A DNA stretch of 63,996 nt, counting the filler, from Alcyonidium flabelliforme (lineage: Eukaryota), in assembly GCA_026167845.1 (NCBI GenBank). It is 19 parts of 19 records of this genome, joined end to end, with 100 filler letters (N's around TTAATTAATTAA, not from the genome) between each part and the next. Parts side by side here need not be neighbours in the genome. Positions count along the whole stretch, not along the records: positions 20,520 to 24,205 come from JAOQFJ010000015.1; positions 24,306 to 27,934 come from JAOQFJ010000016.1; positions 28,035 to 31,481 come from JAOQFJ010000017.1; 16 more parts are not named here. The stretch is one strand, 5' to 3'. The position numbers were made by a program, and so were the translations under genes. Positions 20,537 to 31,581 of the stretch are shown here, piece by piece. A model generated the notes under the pieces. The model was not told the DNA's origin. It saw only the letters and a list, made by a program, of their open reading frames with translations, and did not search any database. Each line of letters starts with the position of its first letter. Positions within the stretch are counted from its first letter, which is position 1.

Positions 20537-21106
20537 TTACCACCTTCCTTGATTGGTACCACAGTCAGTATCTGCTATTAGTACCTCAGTAGTATTCTGA
20601 CAACTTAGACCGCTACTAGTAAGCATAAAATAATTGGCGTTTTTAGTGATTCCTAACGGGTTTGGAGTGGCAAGCATCTTCCAGCTTCTACCTGTCGTAT
20701 TATCAATATCTGTATTATTAGCAGGTACTAATGAGCTACCAGTACTAGCACCATCAACAAGAGTAATCTGATAACGATAATTTGTCGAATTACTTCCCTG
20801 AGGTACATAGATAGTTTTATCGCTATCGTCGTATTTATAAGTTACCGTACTATTATTCGAAACCACTGGCGGCTTAAAGCCTTTATAGGTTAATGCTGAA
20901 GCTCGCCAACGATTTAACTGTATTTCCAATTGCAACATTTTAGCTTGTACATCACGCTCCGCATTGATAACCGCATAGCGACGATAGCTGGGAATAGCGA
21001 TAGCCGCTAATATGGCTATAATAGCTACTACCACCATCAGCTCAATCAAGGTAAAGCCGGCTGAAGATGGTCGTCTATTAATAGAGCTTTTCGAGTACGG
21101 TGTCAT
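20537..21106 (-). CDS. pilE: Type IV minor pilin, PilE-like
   Basis: Prepilin motif AG/FTLIELMVVVAIIAILAAIAIPSY; directly downstream of pilY1. Confidence 0.88.
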   Translation of the reverse strand: MTPYSKSSINRRPSSAGFTLIELMVVVAIIAILAAIAIPSYRRYAVINAERDVQAKMLQLEIQLNRWRASALTYKGFKPPVVSNNSTVTYKYDDSDKTIYVPQGSNSTNYRYQITLVDGASTGSSLVPANNTDIDNTTGRSWKMLATPNPLGITKNANYFMLTSSGLSCQNTTEVLIADTDCGTNQGRW

Positions 21107-24100
21107 TTATTTATCCTTTTCGTACAACTCATACCATCTCTTTGGTATAAACTTATACTTTTCATACCCTAGAGGACTATCACTTGTCGCTTTGCCATTG
21201 GTCGCGACTACGCTATCAGACTTACCACCGCTTCCTGTCGTACCATCGTTTACTATCGTGTTGTTAGTAATTTGCAGACCAGCTTTATTAGTCTGATTGA
21301 GTCCACCTGAGCCAACTCCATAGCCATTTCTATTGACTACTTTGACTTGGTCCGCTAACGATTGATTGCCAATAAGCATCTTCACATTTCGTTTGTCTTT
21401 ACTATAGGCACCCAATGTTAGCTCTTGTATGCCTTTACCAGCTCTTGTATATCCAGCAGTTCCATCAATAGAGCTTTCGTCGTTACATATACCATAGGGC
21501 ATACAGTATACTTGGCGTTCTGAACCGCCTACTACCCTTGCAGAACAGTTGTCCGCTTGATCGTAGACCATCTCAGGACTAAAGGCTGTAGTATATAGAC
21601 GATTACCATAAGCTAGAGGCTCCCCTACCGACTTAATGCCTGATAGATTGCTATAACCATCAAAATTGGTCAGAGGATAGCGCCAGCCTGCATATTCATA
21701 AACATAACGTTTTTTAGTATCGTCATACGTCCCTTTAGCCATGGCATCTAACACTTGTTTACGAGTCGTTAAAGCTTTTAAAGTAGCATTTTGGTTAAAA
21801 GGTAAACTAACAAGGTCATTAGCTGTTTTGTCTTTTACAGTCAATTCTCCAGCTGTATAGCCAAAAATCCCAGGTTGAGCGATATCATAATCAAAAAGAT
21901 TAAATAAATAGTTAGGATTAGTCGTGTTTCTCAGCATAGATAACGGGGTACTACGGTCTCCAGAAGCTACCGTCACTGATGCAAATATCTCTTGATAAGG
22001 GCTAGTATAGAAACTGACGATCGGTCGCTCATAGAATCGATATGGTACTGTCTGGTCATCCGAGCTGGCCTTAAGCACTCTAACAACTCGTTTAACTAGA
22101 CTAGCATTTGCCGCACCTGCGTTTAGATCCACGCGATAAACACTACCGCCCAAATCAGCGTAATACAGATGATCAACATTGCCATCATCATCACGATCTA
22201 GTGCCGTAACCCCAGCTACTACACTATGCTTCATACTGTCGACTTTGGTATGATGCGTGCCAGTATCGCTACCTGATATGGAAGATATGATACTGCCATC
22301 ATTAGCATCTAATATATAAACAGCATTGCCTTCAGCCTGTGTTTTTTTATCACAACTCGTATTATCGCCACTTGTTTTTAGTTTAAAGCTTGGATTCTCG
22401 TAGCACATATCATAGCCACCAGCGACAATCACTACGTCTTTAGACTCATATTTATTTGTATCTTTTTTGACTCTAATTTTTGCTACAGTAGGCTCACTCC
22501 ATACTTGTCCTAAGCGTGAGAAGCCAGTATCTTCTGGTGTCTTAGAAAATAATAAGGCTGGTGTATTCGCTGTAGCCAAGTTTAAACCATAGACACCTTT
22601 GCCACCCATTCTGAGACCGCCGTAAGCTTTTACAGATGTAGCTTGCACTTTCTTAGCCGCTTCTGTAAATTTATATTCTAAAACTGAGCTACTCGTCCAA
22701 GGTGCATCTACGCCAAATACCGTTCTTCCTATAGCCCCTTCGCTATCCGCCTTTAAAGCCTTTAATTGCTCTTTGATTATAGTTTTAGGAATAAAGGCAA
22801 ATGTTTCTTCGCCTTTTTCTGCTGAGACCAGATGCAATGCACCGTCCATAGAGCCAAACATGATGTAGTCATCACGATCTTTCTCTTCGTTGGAGATTTC
22901 TCCGTCATCAGTAAACGTAGCACCGTAAGAGACCTGTCTTGGTTTTGAGTGCACCACCCCTCCTAGCACTTTCACTTCTTGTGCTGGTGGGTTTTTTACT
23001 ATGGTATTAAATGCTGATGTTTGCTTAGCTAAGGTGTCTAAACTTGCAATAAAGTTGGCGTCGTTTGCTGGTGCGTTGTAACCTAAAAAGGAAAGCAAAT
23101 ATAATTTTTCTTTGACTTTATAGTCGCTATCTAGGTTTTCAAAACCCTTTACCTCACCATTTACTACCTGAATATTGACAAGCTTTTTATCATTTCCACT
23201 ACCACTTTCAACATAAACATTACGAGTACTATTAGCAGAAACTCCAGCAGTTGGTGCTTTAAGACGGGCATAAGCTCCACCAGCATAGACCGCATTATTG
23301 GCAACTATACCCTTATCGTTTCTATAATCTCCAATGCTCCATAAGTCTTGAGCTGTTTTGCTTAAGTCATCTGGAAAGCCATCATTATCATCATCTACAT
23401 ATAATCTAGCCGACTCTGGAAATGGAAATGTAGACTTGCCATATAAAGTGCCTTGATAGACATTGTATTTTTTTAGATTGCCAGGCCACACATATTTTGA
23501 GTCAGCAATTTTTGGCTCAAGCATAGGTAGATAAGCAAAGGGTTGTAGATTAGTAGAACTCAATGGATCATTAGGAATAGTAATGGTACCTGATGGAGCA
23601 GTCTCAATAATCTGAGTCAATTTAGCGGTAAAGCTCTTTACACTATCAGCAATACTTGAAGCATCTGTCGTATAATAAAAACCACCGCCGCCATATGCTT
23701 CGCTGCCTAATTTACATAAGTTTTTTGCATCAGTAGAAGGTATCACTAATGAGTTAGGATCTTTTTCATCACAATGATAGACCGTTTTGCCACTACCATC
23801 TACTGATGTCTTGATACCATCAAACGTCTTACCAAATCCTACTGCAGCGGTCAATATGGAGCGCTTAGAAGGGTTGGTTACATCTCTTAATTTCTTAGAA
23901 TAGTCGCCCATACATGACCATGCGCCTTCCCATGACCCACTATTACCTCCTTTCCCATCCGGCAAACCTCCAGAACAACTATCTGTTAGACTTAAGGAGC
24001 TACTATTACCAGTTAAACTTAAATTCATTAAATTAGAAGCAATAGCACTAGAAGAACCATTTGGCTCACCATCGGTTAAAAAGTACACCCCGTAACCACT

Positions 24101-24205
24101 ACACTGCGATTCAGAGACTGGGGCATTATAAGTAAGGTAGCCATTATTTGGATCTTTACTATCTGTCGATGATATAATATACCCACTATTAGTACTATCT
24201 TGAAC
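21107..24205 (-). CDS. pilY1: Type IV pilus tip adhesin PilC/PilY1 (5' partial)
   Basis: YFLTDG (vWA-like), WPGNLKKY, LGGVVHS.P, GSMDGALH, GGLRMGG, LGQVWSEP, GGYD, Ca-binding DRDDDGNVD, YADLGGSVYRVDL. Confidence 0.88.
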   Translation of the reverse strand, partial: VQDSTNSGYIISSTDSKDPNNGYLTYNAPVSESQCSGYGVYFLTDGEPNGSSSAIASNLMNLSLTGNSSSLSLTDSCSGGLPDGKGGNSGSWEGAWSCMGDYSKKLRDVTNPSKRSILTAAVGFGKTFDGIKTSVDGSGKTVYHCDEKDPNSLVIPSTDAKNLCKLGSEAYGGGGFYYTTDASSIADSVKSFTAKLTQIIETAPSGTITIPNDPLSSTNLQPFAYLPMLEPKIADSKYVWPGNLKKYNVYQGTLYGKSTFPFPESARLYVDDDNDGFPDDLSKTAQDLWSIGDYRNDKGIVANNAVYAGGAYARLKAPTAGVSANSTRNVYVESGSGNDKKLVNIQVVNGEVKGFENLDSDYKVKEKLYLLSFLGYNAPANDANFIASLDTLAKQTSAFNTIVKNPPAQEVKVLGGVVHSKPRQVSYGATFTDDGEISNEEKDRDDYIMFGSMDGALHLVSAEKGEETFAFIPKTIIKEQLKALKADSEGAIGRTVFGVDAPWTSSSVLEYKFTEAAKKVQATSVKAYGGLRMGGKGVYGLNLATANTPALLFSKTPEDTGFSRLGQVWSEPTVAKIRVKKDTNKYESKDVVIVAGGYDMCYENPSFKLKTSGDNTSCDKKTQAEGNAVYILDANDGSIISSISGSDTGTHHTKVDSMKHSVVAGVTALDRDDDGNVDHLYYADLGGSVYRVDLNAGAANASLVKRVVRVLKASSDDQTVPYRFYERPIVSFYTSPYQEIFASVTVASGDRSTPLSMLRNTTNPNYLFNLFDYDIAQPGIFGYTAGELTVKDKTANDLVSLPFNQNATLKALTTRKQVLDAMAKGTYDDTKKRYVYEYAGWRYPLTNFDGYSNLSGIKSVGEPLAYGNRLYTTAFSPEMVYDQADNCSARVVGGSERQVYCMPYGICNDESSIDGTAGYTRAGKGIQELTLGAYSKDKRNVKMLIGNQSLADQVKVVNRNGYGVGSGGLNQTNKAGLQITNNTIVNDGTTGSGGKSDSVVATNGKATSDSPLGYEKYKFIPKRWYELYEKDK

Positions 24206-24305
24206 NNNNNNNNNNNNNNNNNNNNNNNNNNNNNNNNNNNNNNNNNNNNTTAATTAATTAANNNNNNNNNNNNNNNNNNNNNNNNNNNNNNNNNNNNNNN
24301 NNNNN

Positions 24306-24383
24306 AAAGGATAGAATCCAAACTAACTCGCGTCGTCTTTAACTCAGATCATGTAAGGTTTTACAAGCCGAACAGGCTCACTG
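24306..24383 (-). rRNA. rrnL: Mitochondrial large-subunit rRNA, 3' segment only
   Basis: Minus strand GCCTGTTCGGC...TTACATGATCTGAGTTAAAGACG (the 16Sbr primer region), beginning immediately after trnP. Confidence 0.8.
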
Positions 24384-24448
24384 TCAGGAAACTACAAAAG
24401 CAGATCTTTAACTTCCAAAGTTAACATTTTAAAATAAACTATATCCTG
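24384..24448 (-). tRNA. trnP: Mitochondrial tRNA-Pro (TGG)
   Basis: Acceptor CAGGATA/TTTCCTG; anticodon arm TTAAC-TTTGGAA-GTTAA. Confidence 0.8.
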
Positions 24449-24450
24449 CT

Positions 24451-24507
24451 TAGTGAAATACAAGTTTTTGTACTGTAGTGATTCTAAATCACTAATTAAT
24501 TTTCACC
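24451..24507 (-). tRNA. trnL1: Mitochondrial tRNA-Leu (TAG), apparently D-armless
   Basis: Acceptor GGTGAAA/TTTCACT; anticodon arm AGTGA-TTTAGAA-TCACT; only about 7 nt in place of the D-arm. Confidence 0.6.
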
Positions 24508-24522
24508 CTCTACATAAACTAC

Positions 24523-24876
24523 CTATACCACTCAACTCAAAGAGCCTTGATTTCACTCATGAAATAGCCCAACTAACAAGACAATAATAAAGATAAATAA
24601 AGAAACTAGAGAAACCTTATAAAGCCCAACAGATAGTCCTATAATAACAGGAAACAAAAGGGTGACTTCAATATCAAACACTAAAAAAACTACAGCTAAA
24701 AGAAAAAACCGTATAGAAAAAGGCAACCGAGCCGAATCTTTAGGGTCAAACCCACACTCAAAAGGAGAATCCTTCCTTATAGACATCACGGAACGATTAC
24801 CCAAAACATAAGCTAACCCTAATAAAAAAGTTGAAAAAGCCCCAGACAAAACTCCATGGACCACTAAATAGTTCAT
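24523..24876 (-). CDS. nad3: NADH dehydrogenase subunit 3 (invertebrate mitochondrial code)
   Basis: [35 protein letters not shown] with TGA read as Trp; ends in TAG. Confidence 0.95.
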
Positions 24877-24937
24877 CTTTGTGAGGGGTATTAAACCCCA
24901 CCTTAGAAATCAAAATTCTACGAAACTTCTTCACAAA
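24877..24937 (-). tRNA. trnQ: Mitochondrial tRNA-Gln (TTG), reduced D-arm
   Basis: Acceptor TTTGTGA/TCACAAA; anticodon arm TAGAA-TTTTGAT-TTCTA; T-stem GGGG/CCCC. Confidence 0.72.
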
Positions 24938-24939
24938 AC

Positions 24940-25608
24940 CTAAGAAACCAGCCTAGACCACTTCAAAAAATTATTAACCCTAATTGCTTCCACACAAATG
25001 GGCATAAATCTATGATTAGCCCCACAAATTTCAGAACACTGTCCATACAATACTGAAGGCCGTAAAATATTAAAGTTAACCTGATTCAAACGACCAGGAA
25101 CAGCATCAGCCTTAAAACCTAAAGAGGGGATTGTTCAACAATGAATTACATCTGAACCTGTAACTAGGCCACGAACATTCTTCATATAAGGAACTACTAC
25201 ACGGTGGTCTACATCTAACAAACGGTACTGACCATCATCCACTATATGGATTATATAGGAATCAAACTCTAAGTTGAATTCCATTATTTCATAGCTCCAA
25301 TACCATTGACGCCCAATAACTTTAATACTTATAAAAGGATCACTTTCCTCTATTAGGTATAAAATCTTAAGAGAGGGTACCACTAAAAAAAGAAGAACAA
25401 AAATAGGGACTACAGTTCAAACCACCTCTACTGCTGTAACAATTAAAGTGTCTGAAACCATGCTATTCAAAGTTACTGAGGTTGAAACAACCCCTACAAA
25501 AAATAAAATTATTGTTATAATACCTAGAGAGTAGTCATGAAATAATGACAAAAACTGTATAGAAGGTCTAAACCTGTCTTGAAATAAATACTGAGATCAT
25601 ATAGACAT
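24940..25608 (-). CDS. cox2: Cytochrome c oxidase subunit II
   Basis: [41 protein letters not shown] (CuA motif); 223 codons including stop in the invertebrate mitochondrial code. Confidence 0.95.
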
Positions 25609-25611
25609 TAC

Positions 25612-26502
25612 TTAAAATTTTACTCAATCTCTTTTCAACTTTAAATTAAAAGTAGGAACAACATTATATAAATATATATAAATAGTAATAGAAGAAAAGA
25701 GAACAACCACACATATCAAAAAAGGAAAAACTAAAAAGAGAGAATAAATAACATAAATTTTACCAAAAAATAAAGGAAAGGGAGGCAGCCCCCTTATATT
25801 TAACATTAAAAAGGAAACCCTAGTCTGACTAGCTAGCCTAGAACCAATTTTATAAAGATTATAGTAACTATAACGCCATATAATCAGTAAAAGGCATACA
25901 AGACTAAATACATAAATAACAAAATATATAAGACACAATATCCTACTTACTATAACACATAAAACCAACCAGCCTGTATGAGAAATAGAAGAATAGCCAA
26001 TCAAAGGCATTATATGGGTTTGACTAATGCCCCCTAATGCCCCTACGACTACACTTAAAGTACAAAAAAATACTAAAATTCAAGGACTATTACACACCTT
26101 CATTAAAATAATTACAGGGGCAATTTTTTGAACAGTTAATATAATCAAAGAATTGTACACACCAATCTCTGAAACAACCCTCGGTACTCACCTATGAAAA
26201 GGAAACAATCCTAACTTCAGCCTTATCCCTAACATTAGCACAATCTCTGAATAACCTCTATTAACTATAAAAGAAAAAACTAATATAATAGAACCTCCTG
26301 CTTGAACCAAAAAATATTTAATAGAGGCTTCAACTGATATACAACTAACAACTATCAAAGGGATAAAACCTAACAATGAAAGTTCTAAGCCTATTCAACA
26401 TAAATACCAGTTATCCGAAGAAACAACTAACAATACGCCCAAAAACAAGGTAATAACAAATAAAAACCAAGAAGGATAACTTTTCCAATAAATATAATTC
26501 AT
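25612..26502 (-). CDS. nad2: NADH dehydrogenase subunit 2
   Basis: W.GLE, EAS.KYFLVQA, KLGLFPFH.W, GYSSISHTGW, GLPPF in one frame when TGA is read as Trp. Confidence 0.9.
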
Positions 26503-26566
26503 AATTAGCAACAATTTATATAGCCCAACTAAAAGTCATAGACATGCTAATTTTTTTAAAGAAAAC

Positions 26567-26629
26567 TGGTTTAGAGTAATTAACTTTATTAGCTTTTTCA
26601 AAGCTACACCTTATATAGGCTACAAAACC
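26567..26629 (-). tRNA. trnF: Mitochondrial tRNA-Phe (GAA)
   Basis: Cloverleaf with anticodon arm TAGCT-TTGAAAA-AGCTA. Confidence 0.8.
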
Positions 26630-26738
26630 AAATAGCAGTAGAGTAATTTCTCCTTTCTAACCGAAAGGTGATACATGTACAAAACCCCCAAACTATTAAA
26701 TAAATTCTAAACCAAAGAAGAGGTCTGAGATGTGGCAT
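26630..26738 (-). CDS. atp8: ATP synthase subunit 8 (36 aa, incomplete T stop)
   Basis: MPHLSPLLWF start (MPQL.P-like) directly after trnD; frame ends in a single T abutting trnF. Confidence 0.75.
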
Positions 26739-26806
26739 AGAAATAAGCCTTTCCAAAAGGCACCTTTAGCTTGACAAGCTAATAATATAATTTAACTATT
26801 ATTTCT
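26738..26806 (-). tRNA. trnD: Mitochondrial tRNA-Asp (GTC)
   Basis: Acceptor AGAAATA/TATTTCT; anticodon arm TTAGC-TTGTCAA-GCTAA. Confidence 0.82.
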
Positions 26807-26839
26807 TGACCTACTTTAATTTACTAGCCCAAAACAATC

Positions 26840-27538
26840 TTAACACTTTTTAGGAGCCGAAGGGTGCTCATCCAAATATAAAGTTGGCAGAAGAGTAAAA
26901 ATATAAGCCTGAATTAAACATACACATCCTTCAAATATAAAATAGAAAGAGCCTAATAATAAAACCAATAAAGAAGCAAAATAACTAGAAGACACAAAAC
27001 TAGTAGCTAGTAAACCTATAAGGATATGCCCAGTACTAAGATTTGCAGTAAGCCGAACTGCCAATGTTAAAGGTCGTACTAATAGCCTTACCAACTCCAC
27101 TACACATAAAAATGGTCTTAAAATAGCTGGAGCCCCGGCAGGCTGAAGATGCGCTATAAAAGAGGGCAAATTATAAAATATAGAGGACATTACTACTCCC
27201 AACCAAACAGGAGAAGAAAGAGCTATATTAATAGCTAAATGCCTAGTCAAACTAAAAGTATAAGGCATTAACCCTATTAAATTTAAAGCAGATAAAGAAA
27301 TAAACATACAAGCAATAATTCTTCTAGAACCTCCCAGCCCTTTAGCAGAAGTACGTCCCACTAACTCACTTACTGTAGAAGCAAAACTAAAATGGAGAGA
27401 ACGCCTAGCCGATCCTGATAATAGAAACCTTCGACCTAAAACTATGGACAAAGCTAATGAAGAAACCCATATTAAATAAAATATATCGAGCACTACTCGA
27501 TTGTGGTCATCAAACCTAGAAAAAATTCCTATAGACAT
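26840..27538 (-). CDS. atp6: ATP synthase subunit 6
   Basis: IFSSFDDHN, AHLQPAGAP, RPLTLAVRLTANLSTGH, IQAYIFTLL. Confidence 0.95.
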   Translation of the reverse strand: MSIGIFSRFDDHNRVVLDIFYLIWVSSLALSIVLGRRFLLSGSARRSLHFSFASTVSELVGRTSAKGLGGSRRIIACMFISLSALNLIGLMPYTFSLTRHLAINIALSSPVWLGVVMSSIFYNLPSFIAHLQPAGAPAILRPFLCVVELVRLLVRPLTLAVRLTANLSTGHILIGLLATSFVSSSYFASLLVLLLGSFYFIFEGCVCLIQAYIFTLLPTLYLDEHPSAPKKC

Positions 27539-27607
27539 TATAAGGAGAACATTAAAAATTTCTTCCCTTAGATTAAAAATCTAATGCTCCATATGAGCTT
27601 TCCTTAT
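27539..27607 (-). tRNA. trnK: Mitochondrial tRNA-Lys (TTT)
   Basis: Acceptor ATAAGGA/TCCTTAT; D-stem GCTC/GAGC; anticodon arm TTAGA-TTTTTAA-TCTAA. Confidence 0.8.
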
Positions 27608-28112
27608 AGGGTTATAGTACGCATAGGTATGCTCCTGTTACAGAGATTAAGGAAGGTGCTAAAAATAGTATTAGCACTAGAAGATAATGTTTAAGGCACC
27701 TATAAAGATGCGAGATTACCCTCGTTAAAGTGCCTTGTTGTGAAGAAAATAGAAACAGGTTGTAGGGCATAAAATAAAAATGTCTAAACCTGCCACATAA
27801 AAAATAATTCGAACATAAACCCTCCGCTGCTATATAAATACTATACTGAAAGGAATATTAATTTACCTCAAAATATCATTATTAGCGGGGTTTATTTACC
27901 TCATCAGTAGATAGAGACAAATAGAAACAGCCATNNNNNNNNNNNNNNNNNNNNNNNNNNNNNNNNNNNNNNNNNNNNTTAATTAATTAANNNNNNNNNN
28001 NNNNNNNNNNNNNNNNNNNNNNNNNNNNNNNNNNAACTTTTTCGTCACTACCAGTCAATTAACTCTTTGTCAGTGCTAGGACACGTGACATACCAGTCTC
28101 TCGCTCGGCAAT

Positions 28113-31100
28113 CGTTGTTGTTGTTGTTGTCAAATAATTTATTTTTTATCATCAAAACATTACAATACATACAGTAATTAATGAATGATGAGGTGGCCAA
28201 CAAAGGTATAATAAATACCGCTAGTAGTTGACCACCAATTAAAATAAATATATTACAATGTATACACTCAGTGAATTTATGACAATTGACTAATAACCAA
28301 GTAAGAAAAAATAAAAAGGTGAAACTTGTGAGCAAAACAGAATCAAATCAGAGTATTACAAAAATAATATTAATGAAGTTTCAACAAAGACAAGAGACTA
28401 TGCAAGTGAACATATGAAGCAATTCTCAATATCACAATTGATGTTATAACTGTTTAGAGTGAGCTTTTTATAGAAATTTGAAAAGCTAAGTAATGATGTG
28501 GAATAAATCTTATCGGCAACACATGAGGGAATTTTGTGATTAAGTAAAAAAGCTAGTCTAAACCTTAAACATTTTTGACATGAGACAAATTTGAAACTTG
28601 GAGTGGATAGACATGGTCGAAAATTAACTGCGTCTGTGATAAATGTAGTAAGCTCTAAAGGACGAGTAACAATTCGAGTTAAATTTCTTCGAGTATCATA
28701 TGATTCAATGAATTTATTTACATAGAAATAATTAGGAAGAAGGCCATTTTTAAATTTGTAATAGAATTTCACACATGCCAAATCAAATATATCATCAATA
28801 AGTAAACAATTGAGTTTTTTACAAAGTGGTTTGGAATGAGTAAAAAATGAAGATTTTGTAACATTTCTAATTGCTCTCTTTTGTAACTGTTTAAGTCGTA
28901 TGCAGTTATTAAAACCCCATAATGTTATGCCATAGTTAATGTGAGATAAAATAAGCGAATTATAAATCATAAGTAGAATTCGTACCGGTAAGTGATGTTT
29001 TAGTACTGATATAATTCCAACAGTTTTAGAAATTTTATTACCAACTTCAAACACATGCTTATCCCAGGAAAGAGTACTATCTAAATGTATACCCAGGAAT
29101 TTAAAATCATCAACTTTCTCAATAGACTGACCATTAAATTTTATATCAGGTAAGGAATTGTTTAGTTTAATATGAGGTAAATGAAACATCATAAACTTTG
29201 TTTTTGAAGTATTTAATGAAAGCTTATTTAAAACCAGCCAATCGTATAAAGAGTTGAGTTGATCGTTGATAAGGGTAATGTCATGATTTAAATTTTGGCA
29301 TTTTAGAGAAAATGGGATAATAAGACTAGTGTCATCTGCGTACATCACGAATTTTATATTACAGGAATATGATAAATCGTTTACATATATTAGAAACAAT
29401 AGAGGCCCTAAAATTGAACCTTGAGGCACTCCAGTAGATATTTGAAGGTATTGGGATGAGTAATTTTCAAGAGAGACAAATTGTTTACGATTTTGTAGAT
29501 AGCTTTTAAACCAGTTCAATTCTGTTCCTGAAATACCATACGAATGTAGTTTATGAATAAGAATGTTATGATCTATGGTATCAAAGGCTTTGGAAAGATC
29601 CATAAAGACAGCAAGAGGAGTATTTTTAGAGTTTAAAAGAGTGTTGATTCTATCAACGAATTCAATAGCTGCAAGTTCAGTGGAATGTTTACTCCGAAAT
29701 CCGTACTGAGATGTATAAAATAAGTTATTTTGAAGAAAGTATGTATAAAGTTGATTATAGATAACTCTTTCGAATAGTTTGGATATAGCTGGTAAGATGG
29801 AAATAGGCCTGTAGTTATTGAGTGAATTAGAATCAAGATTATTGCCTTTGTAAATAGGTAAAACTTTAGCAATTTTCAGTTGATCTGGGAAAATTCCAGA
29901 GTTCAAGGATTGATTAATCATGACAGTTATTGGTTTAGAGAGAACGTTACAATATGTTTTAATGATTTTATTAGAAATTCCATCTATCCCACATGAGTTT
30001 TTAGATTTTAGTTCAAGTATTATATTTTTAACAGTTGTTTCTGTTATTTCCTGAAAAGTGAATTTAAGGTTATCGTTATTGTGAAACATATAATCTTTAA
30101 AGGAATTATTACTATTAGTTTTAAGTTTTGAAGACAGATTTTTTCCAATATTTATGAAAAAGTTATTAAATTCATTTGCTATGACATTTTTATCTGTTAT
30201 GTGACAGGAATTTTCAGAAGTAAGACATTTAGGAATTGTATTAGTTTTCGGAGAATTATTTAGGACAGATTTTAATGTATTCCACGTTTTACGAACATCA
30301 TTCTTATTTTTATCAAATTCAGACTCATAAAACATTGTTTTAGCTGCCTTTATAACTTTTTTAAGTATTACATTATATGATTTTAAACGATTTGAATTAG
30401 TAACGTGTTCAATTGAGTTTCGTAAAGTGCCATGCACTTTTTTATATATTTTGTCTCTAACTTTTATTGATTTGATAATTCCATAAGTGACCCAATCATT
30501 TAATTTATGTCTATATTTCTTAAATCTAACATTTTTGTATGGAAAATGTTTATCGATTAATGAAGACATTATTTTACTGAATTTTTCGTAGTTTTTAGTT
30601 GGGTCATTTTTTATATTGAAATCTAATTCCAATTCAAAGTTAATAGAATTTAAATCATTTTTGAAATTTATTTCTGATTGTTTAGAGTAATAACGGAAAG
30701 ATTTAAATTGAGGATGTTTGTCTTTGATTAATTTTTGAAGTTTAAAAGAAATGAAATAAGCACAGTGATCAGATAAATTACTTAGTAAAATCCCCGAGCT
30801 AGATGATTTAGCGGTTGGGGAATTTTTGAAATATATATTATCTATTAGTGAACACGTATTTTCGGCAAATCGACTTGGAAGATATAGTTTAGGAGAAAAA
30901 TTGAGATTCGTCATATGATCTAAGAATGATGATCCATTAGATACATTTGAAAGTTTAAGTAAATCTATATTAAAATCACCGGAAACAATGAGTTCATCGT
31001 TGTTTGTAGAAAGAGATGACATTAGAGGAATAAAGTCATTGATAAAGTTGTCATAATGTCTCACACAATTGGCAGGGGGTCGATAAATATTTAAAAGTGA

Positions 31101-31481
31101 TAATTTTTTACCACTGTCAGCTTTTATTTTTACTAATAAGCCTTCATAAGTTATTTTATTATCAATTATTTTAGTATTTAAGATTGAATAATTGTCTCGA
31201 ATATATGTTAAAAGTCCACCGTGCTTACTACAGTTATCTTCTAAGTCTTTTTTTATAAGTTTATATCCATCAATATGATAAAAACCGTAGTTGCTATCAT
31301 TCGACATCCAAGATTCTTGAATCATGATGCAATCAAAAAATAAAGATTTATTTTTAAGATTGATGAGAATTGTTTGAAATTCATCAAACTTTGAATGTAA
31401 ACATTGAATGTTCAAACTTAAAAGACAAAATTCATTTACATGTGTTGCCAAAAAGGTTTCCATACCATTTAAATCATAATA
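28113..31481 (-). mobile_element. Non-LTR retrotransposon (CR1/L2 group): ORF2 28398-31463 (APE endonuclease + RT), 3' UTR and (CAA)n tail
   Basis: NIQCL, QESW, GDFNID, IDNI, SDH (APE); YRPISIL, DLSKAFD, GVPQGSILGP, YADD, FLG; C-terminal C-x4-C-x2-C; uninterrupted 1021 aa. Confidence 0.92.
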
Positions 31482-31581
31482 NNNNNNNNNNNNNNNNNNN
31501 NNNNNNNNNNNNNNNNNNNNNNNNNTTAATTAATTAANNNNNNNNNNNNNNNNNNNNNNNNNNNNNNNNNNNNNNNNNNNN

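Noticed and set aside
24553..26376. Fragmented ORFs suggesting pseudogenes or a NUMT
   Set aside because: The breaks are TGA (Trp) codons; the genes are intact under the invertebrate mitochondrial code.
26503..26552. tRNA-like fold upstream of nad2
   Set aside because: Only an acceptor-like stem is convincing, and a good trnK exists at 27539-27607.
26633..26690. Possible trnR (TCG)
   Set aside because: Stems pair poorly and the segment is better explained as the atp8 coding region.
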